Position numbers and translations under genes: made by a program
The notes under the pieces: model-generated
What the model saw: only the letters and a program-made list of their open reading frames with translations
What the model was told of the DNA's origin: nothing
Databases searched by the model: none
Shown: piece after piece, positions 12,532-26,774 of the stretch
Numbering within the stretch: position 1 is the first letter of the stretch
Layout of the letters: each line of letters opens with the position of its first letter
From: Octopus sinensis
Taxonomy: Eukaryota
Assembly (NCBI RefSeq): GCF_006345805.1
Contig: NW_021833651.1
Location: forward strand, 1-63,735
Length of the DNA: 63,735 nt
Direction: 5' to 3'

Positions 12532-13481
12532 ATAATAATAATTTTCCCAACATAAACAGAAGGCCAGAAATTTGGAGGGAGTTGTCAGTCAAATTTAATC
12601 AACCCCATTATTTAAATGTCAGCTCACCGCCTCACTCTGAATTCAAGCTTCAGTTAGGAAGGAGCTTCTCACACCTATGACAGAATTTCTCCCTGAGCAA
12701 AAAAAAAACACGAAATCTTAAACATAAGTGTGTACAAACTTTAAACAATTTATAACAGGATGAGGAAAAGAAACGATGAGAGCTCGTGATTATAGATTTA
12801 CAGGATTATAATCGGACTGAAAACACCATTGAGTTAGGGGGAAAAAATGGCCGTCAGGAGAACTACGGCGATTATCAGACGATGTATACTTCAGTTCCAC
12901 CTGGCGGTAGAATTTTCTTTATATTGTCTTTCTTCAAATTTTCTATCTTGTCCAATCTGTTCATGTATTGTGTATTTACATTCTCTACCTTCCTCCTTTG
13001 CCCCACCCCTTCTCTCTCCTCTCTCTCTCTCTCTTATATATATATATATATATATATATCTCCTCTCTCTCTTGCTCTGCACATATGTATGGGTGTGAGT
13101 ATATATATATATATATATAATATATTATATATATATATATATATATACACACACAAATACATATATATACATGTATATGCATACATACACACGTACATGT
13201 ATATATCTATATATACACATATATATATTGATGTATATATATATATATATAATATATATTATATATATATATACATCTCATAACATATAATATATATATA
13301 TCTAAGATATATATATATATATGTATATATATGTATATATATGTTATATATATAATATTATATATATATATATAATATACATCAATATATATACACAGAT
13401 ATATACACATATATATATTGATTATATATATATATATATTATATATATATATAGATATATATCTATAATACATATATATAC

Positions 13482-13526
<45 letters not shown>

Positions 13527-13530
13527 ATCC

Positions 13531-13565
<35 letters not shown>

Positions 13566-14334
13566 TATTATACACATATACACACATTATGTACAGCTGT
13601 AATTCTTTGAACAACCCTGGCTTTACACTAATAGTGTGATTAATTGATTATTTTAACGTGTATAAGGTTCTGTATGTGCAAGTATGTGTGTGTGTATGTG
13701 TATATGTGTATACATTTGTGTTTCTGTAATTGCACGTATGTGTGTGTGCACGTGTGCTTGTGTGCGTGTCTTTATCAACAATCTGTCTTCCCAGATTTCT
13801 TACCTTTCTGTGTCTGTGCGTCGTCCATTAGATTATGTGTTTAAGTGTTTGAATGTTTGATTCTCAGCCTCCTTCTCTCCTTCTCTCCCCCTCTCTCTCT
13901 CCCTCTCCTTTCTCTCTCTCTCTCTCCCTGAACAATCTAAATCTCCTTTCTCTAGCTCTCCTTTTTTTTATTCTTTTCTATCTCTTATTAATCTCTCTCT
14001 ACTCCCACTGTTTCTTCCCTCCTCTCTCTCTCTCTTTGTGCCACTCTGTATATATACATGGTTTTATATATATATATATATATATACATACATATAAATG
14101 TACATATATGTATGTGTGTGTATATATATATATGTGGTTGGTATTTGATATACCTGTATTAGCCTTTGTTTATGTGTGTATATACACATACGTTTGCATA
14201 TGCATGCGCGTGTGTGTATGTGTGTGTATATGTGTGTATGTGTCCCTTTCAGTATTTCTACCTGTCCATCTTCCATCTCTCTCTCTCTCTCAATATCCAC
14301 CATTCTATCCAGCCATGTAGCCGTCTATCTATCA

Positions 14335-14398
<64 letters not shown>

Positions 14399-14403
14399 GT
14401 CTG

Positions 14404-14438
<35 letters not shown>

Positions 14439-14717
14439 GTCTATCTATCTTTCCATCTCTTTCCAGCTTTTCCTATTTCTACCTTTCCATTTTTACCGTT
14501 TGCTAGCAATGTCTTCCTTCATTGTCCAACTTCTCCATCCCCGCTCTCTCTCTCTCCCTCTCTCTCTCTTTCTCACCTTCTCTCTTTTCCTTTCTGTCAC
14601 CATTTCCACTTTCTCTATCTCCGCCACCATCTTCCACCGCCTCCTCACCCCTCTCTCTCTCTCTCTCTCTCTCTCTTTGTCTCACTGTCTCCTCGTTTCC
14701 CTACTTTTCTTATTCTA

Positions 14718-14751
<34 letters not shown>

Positions 14752-15196
14752 ATCTATCTCACTCCCTTCTTTTCCTTCCATCAATCTCTTACATTTATTT
14801 CCTCAACCGATAAATCAATACAATCGATCTGTTTACCTTTAATCTGAAGCAAACACGTTTAGTTTTACACGCAAACTGTCACTGCCTGCGCCGACAGCTC
14901 ATACTGTTTGCAATGGCGGCCGTTCAGCCATGCAGACGTTCAGACTTACAGCCAGTCGCCGCTGCACTTAACTTTGCAAGCTGACGTAGCAAATACATCA
15001 CAGCAGTACATTACTTCCACCACCTCTGTAACACTCCTACCACCACCACAACTGCACACCATCACCGGTGGTTATCTTTCTGTCAGTATGTCTGTCTGCC
15101 TGCCTGCTGGCTTGCCCCGTTATCGTACACAGCCTCTCAAAAAGCTTTTCTCTCTCTTTCTTTCTCACTTTCTCTATTTTTGTACCAATCTCTCTG

Positions 15197-15246
<50 letters not shown>

Positions 15247-15250
15247 ATCC

Positions 15251-15357
<107 letters not shown>

Positions 15358-15409
15358 CATCTATCTCTCTGTCTGTCTGTCTATCTCTATCTATCTATCT
15401 ATCTATCTA

Positions 15410-15440
<31 letters not shown>

Positions 15441-15542
15441 ATATCTATCTATCTATGTATCTATCTATCTCTCTATCTATTTTTATCAGGCTATCTGCAT
15501 CTAATTATCTATCTCTGTCTTTCTCTATCTCCCTCTCGTTTG

Positions 15543-15584
<42 letters not shown>

Positions 15585-16344
15585 CTTCCTTTTCTCTGTT
15601 TCTCTTTCCGTCTCTCTACGCTGCCAATCTTTTCTCTTTCTCAATTTCTCATTCTCTTTCTCTCTCTCTCTCTCTTTCCCATTCTATCTATCTCTCTCAC
15701 ACTCATACACACACACACACTGTCTCAATATTTATCTATGTATTTATATATCTATCACTCTCTCTCTCTCTCTCTCTCTCTGTCACCCACTCTCTACCTA
15801 CCTACCTGTTTGTCTGTTCATATTTCTATCTCTGTCACATACTCTCCCCCTGTCTTTCTTTCTGTCTCTCTGTCTCTTTGTCTGTATCTCCCTCTAGCTC
15901 TATCTATCTATCTATTTATATGCCTATCTCTCTATCCATTTATCTGTTACTCTATCTATTTACCTACCCATCTGTTCCTCTCTTCTCTCTCTCTCTCTCT
16001 CTTCCTCGCTCAATCTCTCTCTTTCTCTCTCCTCTTCCTCTCTCCTCCTTCTCTCTCTCTCTCTCGCTCTCTCACACACACACAGAGTTAATAGTAAGGT
16101 TGTCATTCTAATAACGAATTTACATAGCTAGAGATGAAAAAGAAAAAGAAAGTAAGAGGGTTAGGCTGTAGAAGTGGCGCAAGTTGGGCGGCGGTGACAC
16201 AAAAGACGGCTTAAGTGGGAAGTTAAGGGCATTTCTGAAGGTGGCGCTGGTTTAATTTTTGTCTGCGTGGGTAGAGGATACTTGAGGTAGCCGATATGTC
16301 CGAGTATGTAAGACATGGGAGAAAGTATATGGGTTTCTTATTTT

Positions 16345-16564
16345 ATTTCTTTACTGCCCACAAGGGGCTACACACAGAGATGACAAACAAGGACAGATTA
16401 AGTCGATTATATCGACCCCAGTGCGTAACTGGTGCTTAATTTGTCGACCCCGAAAGGATGAAAGGCAAAGTCGACCTCGGCAGAATTTGAACTCAGAACG
16501 TAGCGGCAGACGAAATACCGCTAAGCATTTCGCCCGGCATACTAACGTTTCTGCCAGCTCACCG

Positions 16565-16565
<1 letters not shown>
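16345..16565 (-). mobile_element. tRNA-SINE with a tail matching the Tx1 family B 3' end
   Basis: Same head and body as the 11.9-kb SINEs, with a tail reading tttctttactgcccacaaggggctacacacagag on the plus strand. Confidence 0.75.
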
Positions 16566-16603
<38 letters not shown>

Positions 16604-16803
16604 CGGATGTATGTGTGTAAGGGGGTATATGTGTGAACTTGGTATAAGGGCGTGTCCAGGTGTGTGAATATGTAGATGCGAATTTGAGTGTGTGTGTGTA
16701 TGTATGAGTGTGAGTACGTGTGTATATATGTGTGTGTGTCTGTGTGTATGTGTTTATGTGTGTGTTTCTGTGTGTGTAATAAAATTCGTGTTATAATGTA
16801 TGC

Positions 16804-16840
<37 letters not shown>

Positions 16841-17249
16841 TACGGATGTGTGTACACATGTGTATGTGTGGATATGTGTGGGTGTGTGGCTGTGCATATG
16901 TACGGGTGTTTGACTACATGGAACAGTGTCTAAATGCGTGCGTGTGTTTGCTTGTTTGTGTGTGTGTGTGTGTGTACGTATGTGTGTGTGCGTGTTTATG
17001 TGTGTACGTGTTTGTGTGCATGTGTATGTGTGCAGGTGTGCGCGTCCGTATGTGTAAGTGTGTGTTTGTTTATGTGCGCGTGTGTTTGTGAGTGCGCGCG
17101 TGTTTATTTGTGTGTGTGTGACTACGTATGTGTGTGTGCGTGTGTGTGTTTTTGTGTGTGCGCGCGTTTATTTGTGAGTGTGTGTATGTGTGTGCGTGTA
17201 TAGATGTATGTATGTTATGTATATTAAATACATATAACTCCAACCAAAC

Positions 17250-17560
17250 GTGTTGTTGTTTGTTCCTTCTCAAACCATTCCTGGCTCATTAGGGCCGGTT
17301 TCCCGGTTTCCTTGGAGCATAGGTACCCCACCTGGACGGGATGCCAGTCCGTCGCAGGTGAGCTGCAAGATGCAGGAGGAAAGAGTGAGAGAAAGTTGTG
17401 GCGAAAGAGTCAGCAGAAGTTTCGTTATTACCGTCTGCCGGAGCCGCATGGAGCTTATGTGTATCGCTCAAAAACACACACATCGCCCGGTCTGAGATTC
17501 GAACCCGCGATCCCTCAACCGCGAGTCCGCTGCTCTAACCATTAGGCCATGTGCCTCCAC
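17250..17560 (-). mobile_element. tRNA-derived SINE, complete
   Basis: Minus strand ggaggcacatggcctaatggttagagc...gggttcgaatc head, cctgcgacggactggcatcccgtccagg body and (AAC)n tail. Confidence 0.85.
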
Positions 17561-17807
17561 AACCAAACGTGTGGGGATCTACTTTCTCTCCCTTCTACAC
17601 TCACCCGTTTAAGTGGAAGTGATGAAGATATGTCTACCCGTACATTATCCACATACATTGATAGCGCTATTCCATTATGAACTCGGCTGCTAAAACAAAA
17701 TGAAGACAGCCGTGAAGGATATACATATATGAAACGACTGTTGAACTTTGAAACCTATCCAACCCACATTCCTAATTATCGTCTGTATGGTTTGTGACAG
17801 ATAAACA

Positions 17808-18230
17808 TACAAGGGTAGACAAAAGTGGGTATACATTTATTTAATACGAGCGGAATATTCTTTTCATTTCTCTGTTTCTTATTTAGGATAAGAATTCTAT
17901 GTTTCTATGTCGTTTCTAACTAATTCTTTCTTTAATAAAGTATTCCTAATTTCAGATATTTATTAATATGGCTGGAAATTTGACCAACGATGAACGAAAG
18001 TGGGTCATTATGAAGCAGTACTGGAAAGCAGGGAATGGGGGGGAAAAGAATGGTTAGAAAGAAATTGACCGAAGAATTTCAAAGACTAGCTCTGTCAAGA
18101 TTAGAAGTTTACACAATCTGTGACGAATATGAGCTGACTGGGTCCATTCCACAATGCACAGAAAAATGGTCGATCGGCCAGTGTTACTAGAGAAGAAAAT
18201 AAAATGCCTGCAGCTCAAGCGTTCACTCAA
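17808..18230 (+). mobile_element. Tc1/mariner-superfamily relic (N-terminal HTH)
   Basis: TIR-like tacaagggtagacaaaagtgggtataca. Frameshifted MAGNLTNDERKWVIMKQYWK...ICDEYELTGSI...GRSASVTREEN. Confidence 0.6.
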
Positions 18231-18273
18231 GTTACTTTCTTATTCATCTTCGTAGACAGACAGACAGACAGAC

Positions 18274-18379
<106 letters not shown>

Positions 18380-18834
18380 ATATAAGATGGGTTTCTACAC
18401 AGTTTTCGTATACTAAATTCTCTCACAAAGGTTTAGTCGCTCAGGTGCCCAAGGTTCAAGGCACCGCATAGCTCTTAAACACACATGGTGTTAGCCATGA
18501 CTACACCTGAGTGGTACATAACCTGTAATATAAATACCAGTTATGTACTGGGATCAATTCAATCATCTCCAAACCGTTTCTCATACAACTCATGGTTTTC
18601 GAACATTTTAAGAATATTCAAAAAACAAACATAATAATAATAATGATAATAAACAATCCTTATTCAGGGACATCAGAGTTGTTCGAGGCCACTCGTCGTT
18701 ATAAGGGGACAAAACCTCCCGCTCAATATATTAATCCTTTGAATGCAGAGAGCAAATGAACCCGCTCAAAACGTTGTTACCTATAAGGGCGGAAGGCAGT
18801 TTTACTCCCATGGCTTTGAAGAAAAAACTCTCCT

Positions 18835-19130
18835 TATAGGCGCAGATATGACTATGTGGTGAGAAGCTCGCTTCTCCAACCACTATACCCTCGGGCCAAC
18901 CAAAGCCTTGTAGGTGAATTTGGGAGACGGAAACTGAAAGAAGCCCATGTACATGTGTTTGTATGTGTGTATCTATGAGTGTGTCTATCGTTGTGTTGCT
19001 TCCCCACCCCCACTGCTCAACAAGCGACGTCGGTTTGTGTACGTCCCCGTAACTTAGAAGTTCGGCGAAAGAAGATCGACGGGATAGATACCAGGCTTTT
19101 AAAAAATAAATACAGCGATATATTTAAAGT
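18835..19130 (+). mobile_element. tRNA-derived SINE
   Basis: ggcgcagatatgactatgtggtgagaag head and family body. Confidence 0.7.
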
Positions 19131-19176
19131 TTTGTTGGTCTTGTTTACACGCAAAACCCTCACAACGAACACGCAT

Positions 19177-19220
<44 letters not shown>

Positions 19221-19313
19221 CATTCTTTGTTCTGTCCTGTACTGTCCATATTGTTCTTCTTAATGTAAACCCACGTGGTTAATAAAGAAATCATCATCAT
19301 CATCATTATCAAA

Positions 19314-19378
<65 letters not shown>

Positions 19379-19397
19379 TATTATTATTATTATTATT

Positions 19398-19942
19398 GAG
19401 TGGGAAAGGAGTGCATGCCATCAAAGTGACACTGGGGTAAAATATACGAAGCCCAATATACCCATCATGACTACCCGTCTGATAAGAGTACACAAGGCAC
19501 ATGCATCACAATCATATGTGCGCGACATAGTGATCTCATATCAAGATAAACAGCGCATGACCTTGCAGGTGGGGCCCAGTTAGAATTTTCTTCAGGTTGA
19601 GTAGCCCATCCCGCTCAAAAGGTCCCTGAATAAGGGTTGTTTAAGGATGTTGAACGAAACACCCATGTTTCCAGGGGTAAATTATTCAAACCCCAAAGAA
19701 TCCCTCTCAACACATGGATATGATGCTCCCCCACTACTTTTGCTCGTGATCAGAGATGCACATATCGTCTGCCACTAAGGGACATGCTCAACTGGTTACG
19801 GTCAAACAACTGACAAGCAAATCTGTGGTATTGAGCAGAATATTTGCTGTAGCCCATCTTTTATACCAAGGCAAAACCATGTACATGATAACACTTCCAA
19901 TCAGTTAAGATCAGCAGCCATGAGAACCACCGCCTGGTACTG

Positions 19943-19946
<4 letters not shown>
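19398..19946 (+). mobile_element. ~550-bp unclassified interspersed repeat in (ATT)n/(ATC)n
   Basis: A near-identical inverted copy lies at 36961-37550. Trinucleotide repeats on both sides. Orientation is arbitrary. Confidence 0.8.
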
Positions 19947-19975
<29 letters not shown>

Positions 19976-19977
19976 TA

Positions 19978-20031
<54 letters not shown>

Positions 20032-20548
20032 CATTGAGTGGATAATTAACACCATTACTTAGTTGACCATGAAATTTAATTACAAAGTCAAAGGGCGAAT
20101 AATTTCAATGGTAGAACTGTCCTTTCTGAACTATAGAATTTATTGACAATACACGGTCGATCCAGGATCTCTATAAAATCAGAAGAACCTGATGAACTTC
20201 GGCTAAAGTTTGCATTAAAATATTTGAATAGATGACAGCAAACTTTGGTCAAAACTCGTAGTGTTTTACAGAAGACGATTAAATATTTGCAGGTCTTCGA
20301 ATGACAGCGGATTTTTTTTTTTTTTCTCAATTCATTTATTTTTGCCTCGCTTGTTTCGAGGATGTGGAGATATGTGAGCGAGTGGTTAGAGTTATTTCGC
20401 TCATTGTTATGCTGTTTTACTTAAATTGTTTTTTTCCAATCGTTAACATTGTAAGCGTGAAAACATGTAGCCTAATGGTTAGAGACGACGAGTTCATTCT
20501 TGTTAGGATGTGAGTTCGATTGCAGCAACTTGCTTTCATTTTTACTCT

Positions 20549-20600
<52 letters not shown>

Positions 20601-20831
20601 ACTCTTTTACTTGTTTCAGTCATTTGACTGTGGCCGTGTTGGAGCACCGCCCAGGACTTATTCTTTGTAAGCCTAGTACTTATTCTATCGGTCTCTTTTG
20701 CCGAAGCGCTAAGTTACGGGGACGTAAACACACAAGCATCGGTTGTCAAGCGATGTTGGGGAACAAACACAGACACACAAACATATACACACATATACAT
20801 ATATATATATATGTATGATATATAATATATA

Positions 20832-20897
<66 letters not shown>

Positions 20898-20899
<2 letters not shown>

Positions 20900-21784
20900 T
20901 ATCAGTAATAAAATAGGGTAAAACTAATTAATTTGGAATAATCAATTAATTTCACCAAGTAGATTTCGGCATGTAAAAGCCTCGTTCGAGGAAAGTTTAA
21001 GTAATACTAAGTAATTAAGGGTTTAGCAATGATTTGCCTCACCACACACCGAATTTAGAAATAGCAGTCAAAGAGTTATAGCTATTCTTTCTACTAAAAG
21101 GGAGATCTCAGTAAAACCACAGCACTTGAAAGGCAAACACAAACATAACTCTTTGACTGCTATTTCTAAATTCGGTGTGTGGTGAGGCAAATCGTTAAGT
21201 AGTATTACTTAAACTTTCCTCGAACGAGGCTTTTACATGCCGAAATCTACTTGGTGAAATTAATTGATTATTCCAAATTAATTAGTTTTACCCTATTTTA
21301 TTACTGATAACCATATTTCATCCCAGTAAATGACCGCAACATCTTGTCTTGGCTACACGCGGGTGGGAAGGGGTTGCTGACACGAACTTTCATTCACACT
21401 TTGAATTTAGTGATACTGGTAACGGTTTTAGCTCGCTCTGATGCTGAGTTGAGATGATGCCTTCTAGTATCTCGAAATTTAATATACAATTATTCATAAT
21501 TGTAGTGTCCTACGCTGATGAGAGAAGAAGTTGGGTAAGACATAATTATCTAATTTTTATGCTTTCCTAAAACTTAATCTCGAAACGTACGTCCGTAGGT
21601 GACTTAAAATTGTATGATAGATTGCCGTCATTTCTTTCTCTCTTGCCTGTTTGTGTTTGCCTTTCAAGTGCTGTGGTTTTACTGAGATCTCCCTTTTAGT
21701 AGAAAGAATAGCTATAACTCTTTGACTGCTATTTCTAAATTCGGTGTGTGGTGAGGCAAATCGTTGCTAAACCCTTAATTACTA
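20898..21784 (+). mobile_element. Penelope-like pseudo-LTR element (inverted plus direct segments) with hammerhead
   Basis: 20898-21080 is inverted at 21150-21312, and 21645-21784 is the reverse complement of ~21005-21140. (TA)n on both sides, canonical HHR inside. Confidence 0.75.
21509..21599 (+). ncRNA. Type I hammerhead ribozyme, canonical core, long stem II
   Basis: cctacg-CTGATGA-gag...ctc-GAAA-cgtacg-TC|cgtagg. Stem I is 6 bp and stem III is palindromic. Confidence 0.85.
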
Positions 21785-21791
21785 TATAGAC

Positions 21792-21874
<83 letters not shown>

Positions 21875-21877
21875 CAG

Positions 21878-22163
21878 TTGTGTCTGGAGAGAGTCATTTT
21901 CTTTTGTGCCTTATAATGAACACATCACCGGTAAAATAAAATTCCACTTATTTCTTATTTTTATTTTCCTAAAATTTTCGTTGCGTCTATTGAAAAGGTT
22001 GAAAATTTTAGGAAAATAAAAATAAGAAATAAGTGAAAATTTTACCGGTGAGTGAGTTACATTATAAGGCACAAAAAGAAAATGACTCTCCCCAGACACA
22101 AAAGAATATGCTTCAACACACGAACTCATATAAAGAATCTTGCAAACCAAATCCAAAAACGAA
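21878..22163. repeat. Foldback element (arms 21878-22101) plus 3' extension; partial copy at 32107-32205
   Basis: ttgtgtctggagagagtcattt...aaatgactctccccagacacaa, with the shared tail tgcttcaacacacgaactcatataaagaatcttgc. Confidence 0.8.
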
Positions 22164-22466
22164 ACGTATGTATATACATATATACATATATACGCGGGCT
22201 TCTTTCAGTTTCCGTCTACCAAATCCACTCAAAAGGCTTTGGTCGGCCCAAGGATATAGTATAAGACACTTGCCCAAGGTGCCACGCAGTGGGACTAAAT
22301 CAGGAACCATGTGCTTCGTAAGCAAGCTACTTACGACACAGCCACTCCTACGCCTATATTTTTATTCTTTCTTTACTTTGCTTAAAGAGGTGAATGTAAG
22401 TGACCTCGTGATTAAGGTGCTGAGTTCCTGATGATTAGTTTGAGAGTTCGACCGTGACAATGGTTT

Positions 22467-22730
22467 TTGTTACCTCTGTCTTAGCGAAGGCGGAGATATT
22501 GTTTTTCGGTCGTGTTTGTTTGTTTGTTTGTCCATAGACAAGATATCTCAAGAGCCGCTGCATGGATTCGGATGAAACTTTCAGGGTTGTTTGGCCTCGT
22601 AACTGGCACAAACTGATTAGATTTAGGGATTGATCCGATACCTGACAAGGATTCTGGATTATCGCGACCTTAACAATGGGACAACAGAGTAACCATAGTG
22701 TGACTCTATGCTTCGGCGAACTCTGAGTAT
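22467..22730 (+). mobile_element. Helentron-associated (HINE/DINE-like) non-autonomous element
   Basis: ttgttacctctgtc...gaaggcggag subterminal hairpin, internal (GTTT)n and ggattcggatgaaactt core. Confidence 0.4.
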
Positions 22731-22864
22731 ATATTAACCCTTTTGCATTCAAACTGGCTATATGTGGCCAAAATATTTTTTCTTGCTTTATGTTGAAAAA
22801 CAGCTAGAGCTGGTCTCTCGCACTTAACCTACAATGTCATTCTGAAAAATATACAATCACATCG

Positions 22865-23042
22865 GCGTAGGCGTGGCTGTGTGGTAAGTAGCTTGCTTCC
22901 CAACCACATGGTTCCGGGTTCAGTCACACTGCGTGGTACCTTGGGCAAGTGTCTTCTACTATAGCTTCGGGCCGACAAATACCTGTCAGTGGCTTTGGTA
23001 GACAGAAACTGAAAGAAGCCCGTCATATATATGTATATTATA

Positions 23043-23079
<37 letters not shown>

Positions 23080-23310
23080 TATATGTGTGTGTATATATGT
23101 TTGTGTGTCTGTGTTTGTCGCCCCCCCCCCAAACATCGCTTGACAACTGATGCTGGTGTGTTTACGTCTCCGTAACTTAGCGGTTCGGCAAAAGAGACCG
23201 ATAGAATAAGTACTAGGCTTACAAAGAATAAGTCCTGGGGTCGATTTGCTCGACTAAAGGCGGTGCTCCAGCATGGCCACAGTCAAATGACTGAAACAAG
23301 TAAAAGAGTA
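22865..23310 (+). mobile_element. tRNA-derived SINE, complete with internal (TA)n
   Basis: ggcgtaggcgtggctgtgtggtaag...ggttcagtc head through the gcatggccacagtcaaatgactgaaacaag tail. Confidence 0.9.
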
Positions 23311-23394
23311 AACGAGTAGACTAAACAATATTACTTCTGAGCAGAAACGGAAGCTGGATCGCCATTTCGGTTTGTTAGTAGGGGACTGATCTCT

Positions 23395-23597
23395 CGCCAC
23401 CACCACCAGCAACATCATTATCATCACCACCACCATCATCAACATCATCATCATCGTCGTCATCGTCGTCAACATCACCGCCGTCATAAGCATCACCACA
23501 ACACCGCCATCAAATATCATCATCAGTATCAGCATCGCCGCCACCACCACCACCACCACCACCACCACCGTCAACATCGCCACAACACGACCATCGA

Positions 23598-23656
<59 letters not shown>

Positions 23657-23847
23657 CCATCAACGTCACCGCCACAAACATCATCGGCACATCAACACTG
23701 TCTTCACACCAACCACCCACCCACACCCGTTACCACCACCCTTACCATACTACCCTCCCCAACATACCATGTCACCACCATACCGCCACTGCCAGCAGCA
23801 CTCCCATCAGCATCAGCACTACCACAACAACTACCCTCACCGACCAC

Positions 23848-23894
<47 letters not shown>

Positions 23895-23940
23895 ACTACT
23901 ACCACCCCTACTAGCACTACTACAACAACTACTACTACTA

Positions 23941-23974
<34 letters not shown>

Positions 23975-25140
23975 AGAAACAACAACAACCACCAATACAC
24001 TCATTACCATCTCTACCATTATCATCATCATCATCATCACCATTACGGCCATCGTTATCATAGATAGATATCCTAAACAACAGCGCCACCATCACCTCCG
24101 ACTTCACTACCAGCGTCAGCGCCATCATATACTGTCATCACTACAACCATCACCATCACCACCACCGCCATTACGACCACCAACGTCATGATGACGATGA
24201 TGATGGTCGTCATCATTATCGTAAACAGCAACACCACCGCAGCCATCTTGACGACAACTACTATCATCACTACCACCACCACCACCACCACCACCACTGC
24301 AACCACTACCACCACCCCCGCCATTAATACCATTGCTATCATCACAACACCGTGGTCAGCGCAACTATTTACTATTAGCATCGCCACCACAACCTCGACC
24401 TGTATCGCCACCACCACCACAATGACCATTATCATTATCTTCATCATCACCATCACCATCGCCGCCACTACCACCATCACCATCATTATCATCATCACCA
24501 TCAAAACGCCGTCACTACCACCATCACCATCATATCACCACCACCATCACCGTCACTACCACCATCACCATCATCATCACCATCGCCATCGCCGCCACTA
24601 CCACCATCATCATCATCACCATCATCATCGCCGCTACTACCACCATCACCATCATCATCATCACCATCGTCGCCACTACCACTATCACCATCGTCATCAT
24701 CACCATCGCCGCTACTGCCACCATCACCATCACCATTATCACCATCATCACCATCGCCGCCACTACCACCATCACCATCATCATCATCACCATCGCCGCT
24801 ACTACCACCATCACCACCATCACTACCATCATCATCATCATCATCATCATCAACATCATCATCATGATCATCACCGTCGCCGCTACTACCACCATCACCG
24901 CCACCACCACCACCACCAGCATTCATTCATCACGACAATCACCGCATAGCTACTACTACTACTACTACTACTACAGCCGCCACCACCGCTGCCACCACCA
25001 TCACCACCACCACCACCAGCATTCATTCATCACGACAATCACCGCCATAGCTACTACTACTACTACTACTACTACTACCACTACTACTACAGCCGCCACC
25101 ACCGACACCGCCGTCACCACCGCCGACGCCGCCTCCGCCA
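23395..25140. repeat. CAC/CAT/CTA trinucleotide low-complexity tract with a ~100-bp internal duplication
   Basis: caccagcattcattcatcacgacaatcaccgc(c)atagctactac occurs at ~24913 and ~25013. Confidence 0.9.
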
Positions 25141-25398
25141 ATAGCCTTTATGTTCAGCCATTAGTACAGCTGTTGTCTGCTGATAATAACTGTCTCTGGC
25201 TCGATGTCCTGTCTCCGGAGAAAATGGAAGGTAAAACGTCGAGATGGAGAGAAAAACAAATAAAACAATTTGCCAAAACCGAAAATTGACTGACAATATA
25301 TAGGAATATCTTATTGATTTCTTCTTCAACAACATCTATAAACACCCTCTTTAATGATATGGATATATATGTAGAGAAATACACACACAAACATATCG

Positions 25399-25429
<31 letters not shown>

Positions 25430-25502
25430 TTCATTGGTTTATAGAATGTAGCCATAGAAACTGCTCAATCCTTGTTTTTTTTGTGTGTGTGAGTAGTTGT
25501 TG

Positions 25503-25534
<32 letters not shown>

Positions 25535-25812
25535 GGTGGTGGTGGCGGTGGTGTTGGTGGTGGCGGCGGTGGTTCTATTCATTGTTTGTTGTTGTTGTTG
25601 TTGTTGTTGCAGTTGTTATTTGTTTTTTACACCTTAAATACAAATGTGCTACATTGCACAATGCTTTGTGCGCATGTGCGCGAATGCGTGCCCCTCTGTA
25701 TGTGGTGGGTGTGTGTGTGTGTGTGTGTGTGTTTGTGTGTGTGTGCATTGCACGCAGTTATATAAGACTATGCAATATGCATACATATGTATGTATATAT
25801 ATATGTATGTAT

Positions 25813-25847
<35 letters not shown>

Positions 25848-26163
25848 CTGTGTGTTGTGTGGATGTGTATGTATATATATGTATATATATATGTGTGTGT
25901 GTGTATAAATATGTATGTATATATGCACGCACGGACACACATGCACTCACACACATATATATACACACATAAATACATATATGTGTGTGCGTGTGTGTGT
26001 GTATGTATGCATTTACACAGTATAACTGAAGAACATGTACAATAAAGATATACACACATGCATACACGTAGATACTTACAGACATACATACATGAAGAGA
26101 GAGAGATAGGGAGAAAGAGAGACAGACAGACAGAGAGACACACAGAGACTGTGACAGACAGGC

Positions 26164-26345
<182 letters not shown>

Positions 26346-26346
26346 G

Positions 26347-26419
<73 letters not shown>

Positions 26420-26774
26420 CATTGATATTAGCTCACCTTCGCAAATAACTATCGCAGCCACCGTCCTCACCATCATTTGACTAGCTCAGTCACTCGTTGG
26501 TTGACTGGGTGGCTGGCCGGTTTGCGAACGAGGGTTCATGAAGGGAGCTGTCCATATCGTATGTATGCCTCACATTGACAAAGCCAATACGAGAAATTCT
26601 GTTCAGATTTTTCTCCATGTATATATGTATGTTTGTGTGCGTCCGTCCTCGTATATGGATATGTCATTAAATATGTATGCACAGATGTATGAATGCGTGT
26701 ATGTGTCTATGCATGTATGTATATATATACATATATATATATATATTATAATATATATATATATATATATATAT

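Noticed and set aside
14850-15070. GC-richer unique island as an exon
   Set aside because: No sustained open frame with recognisable product and no convincing splice-site pair.
20088-20330. Short open frame (IKSEEPDELRLKFALKYLN) or ctgatga motif
   Set aside because: No recognisable homology, no clear splice pair and no GAAA partner.
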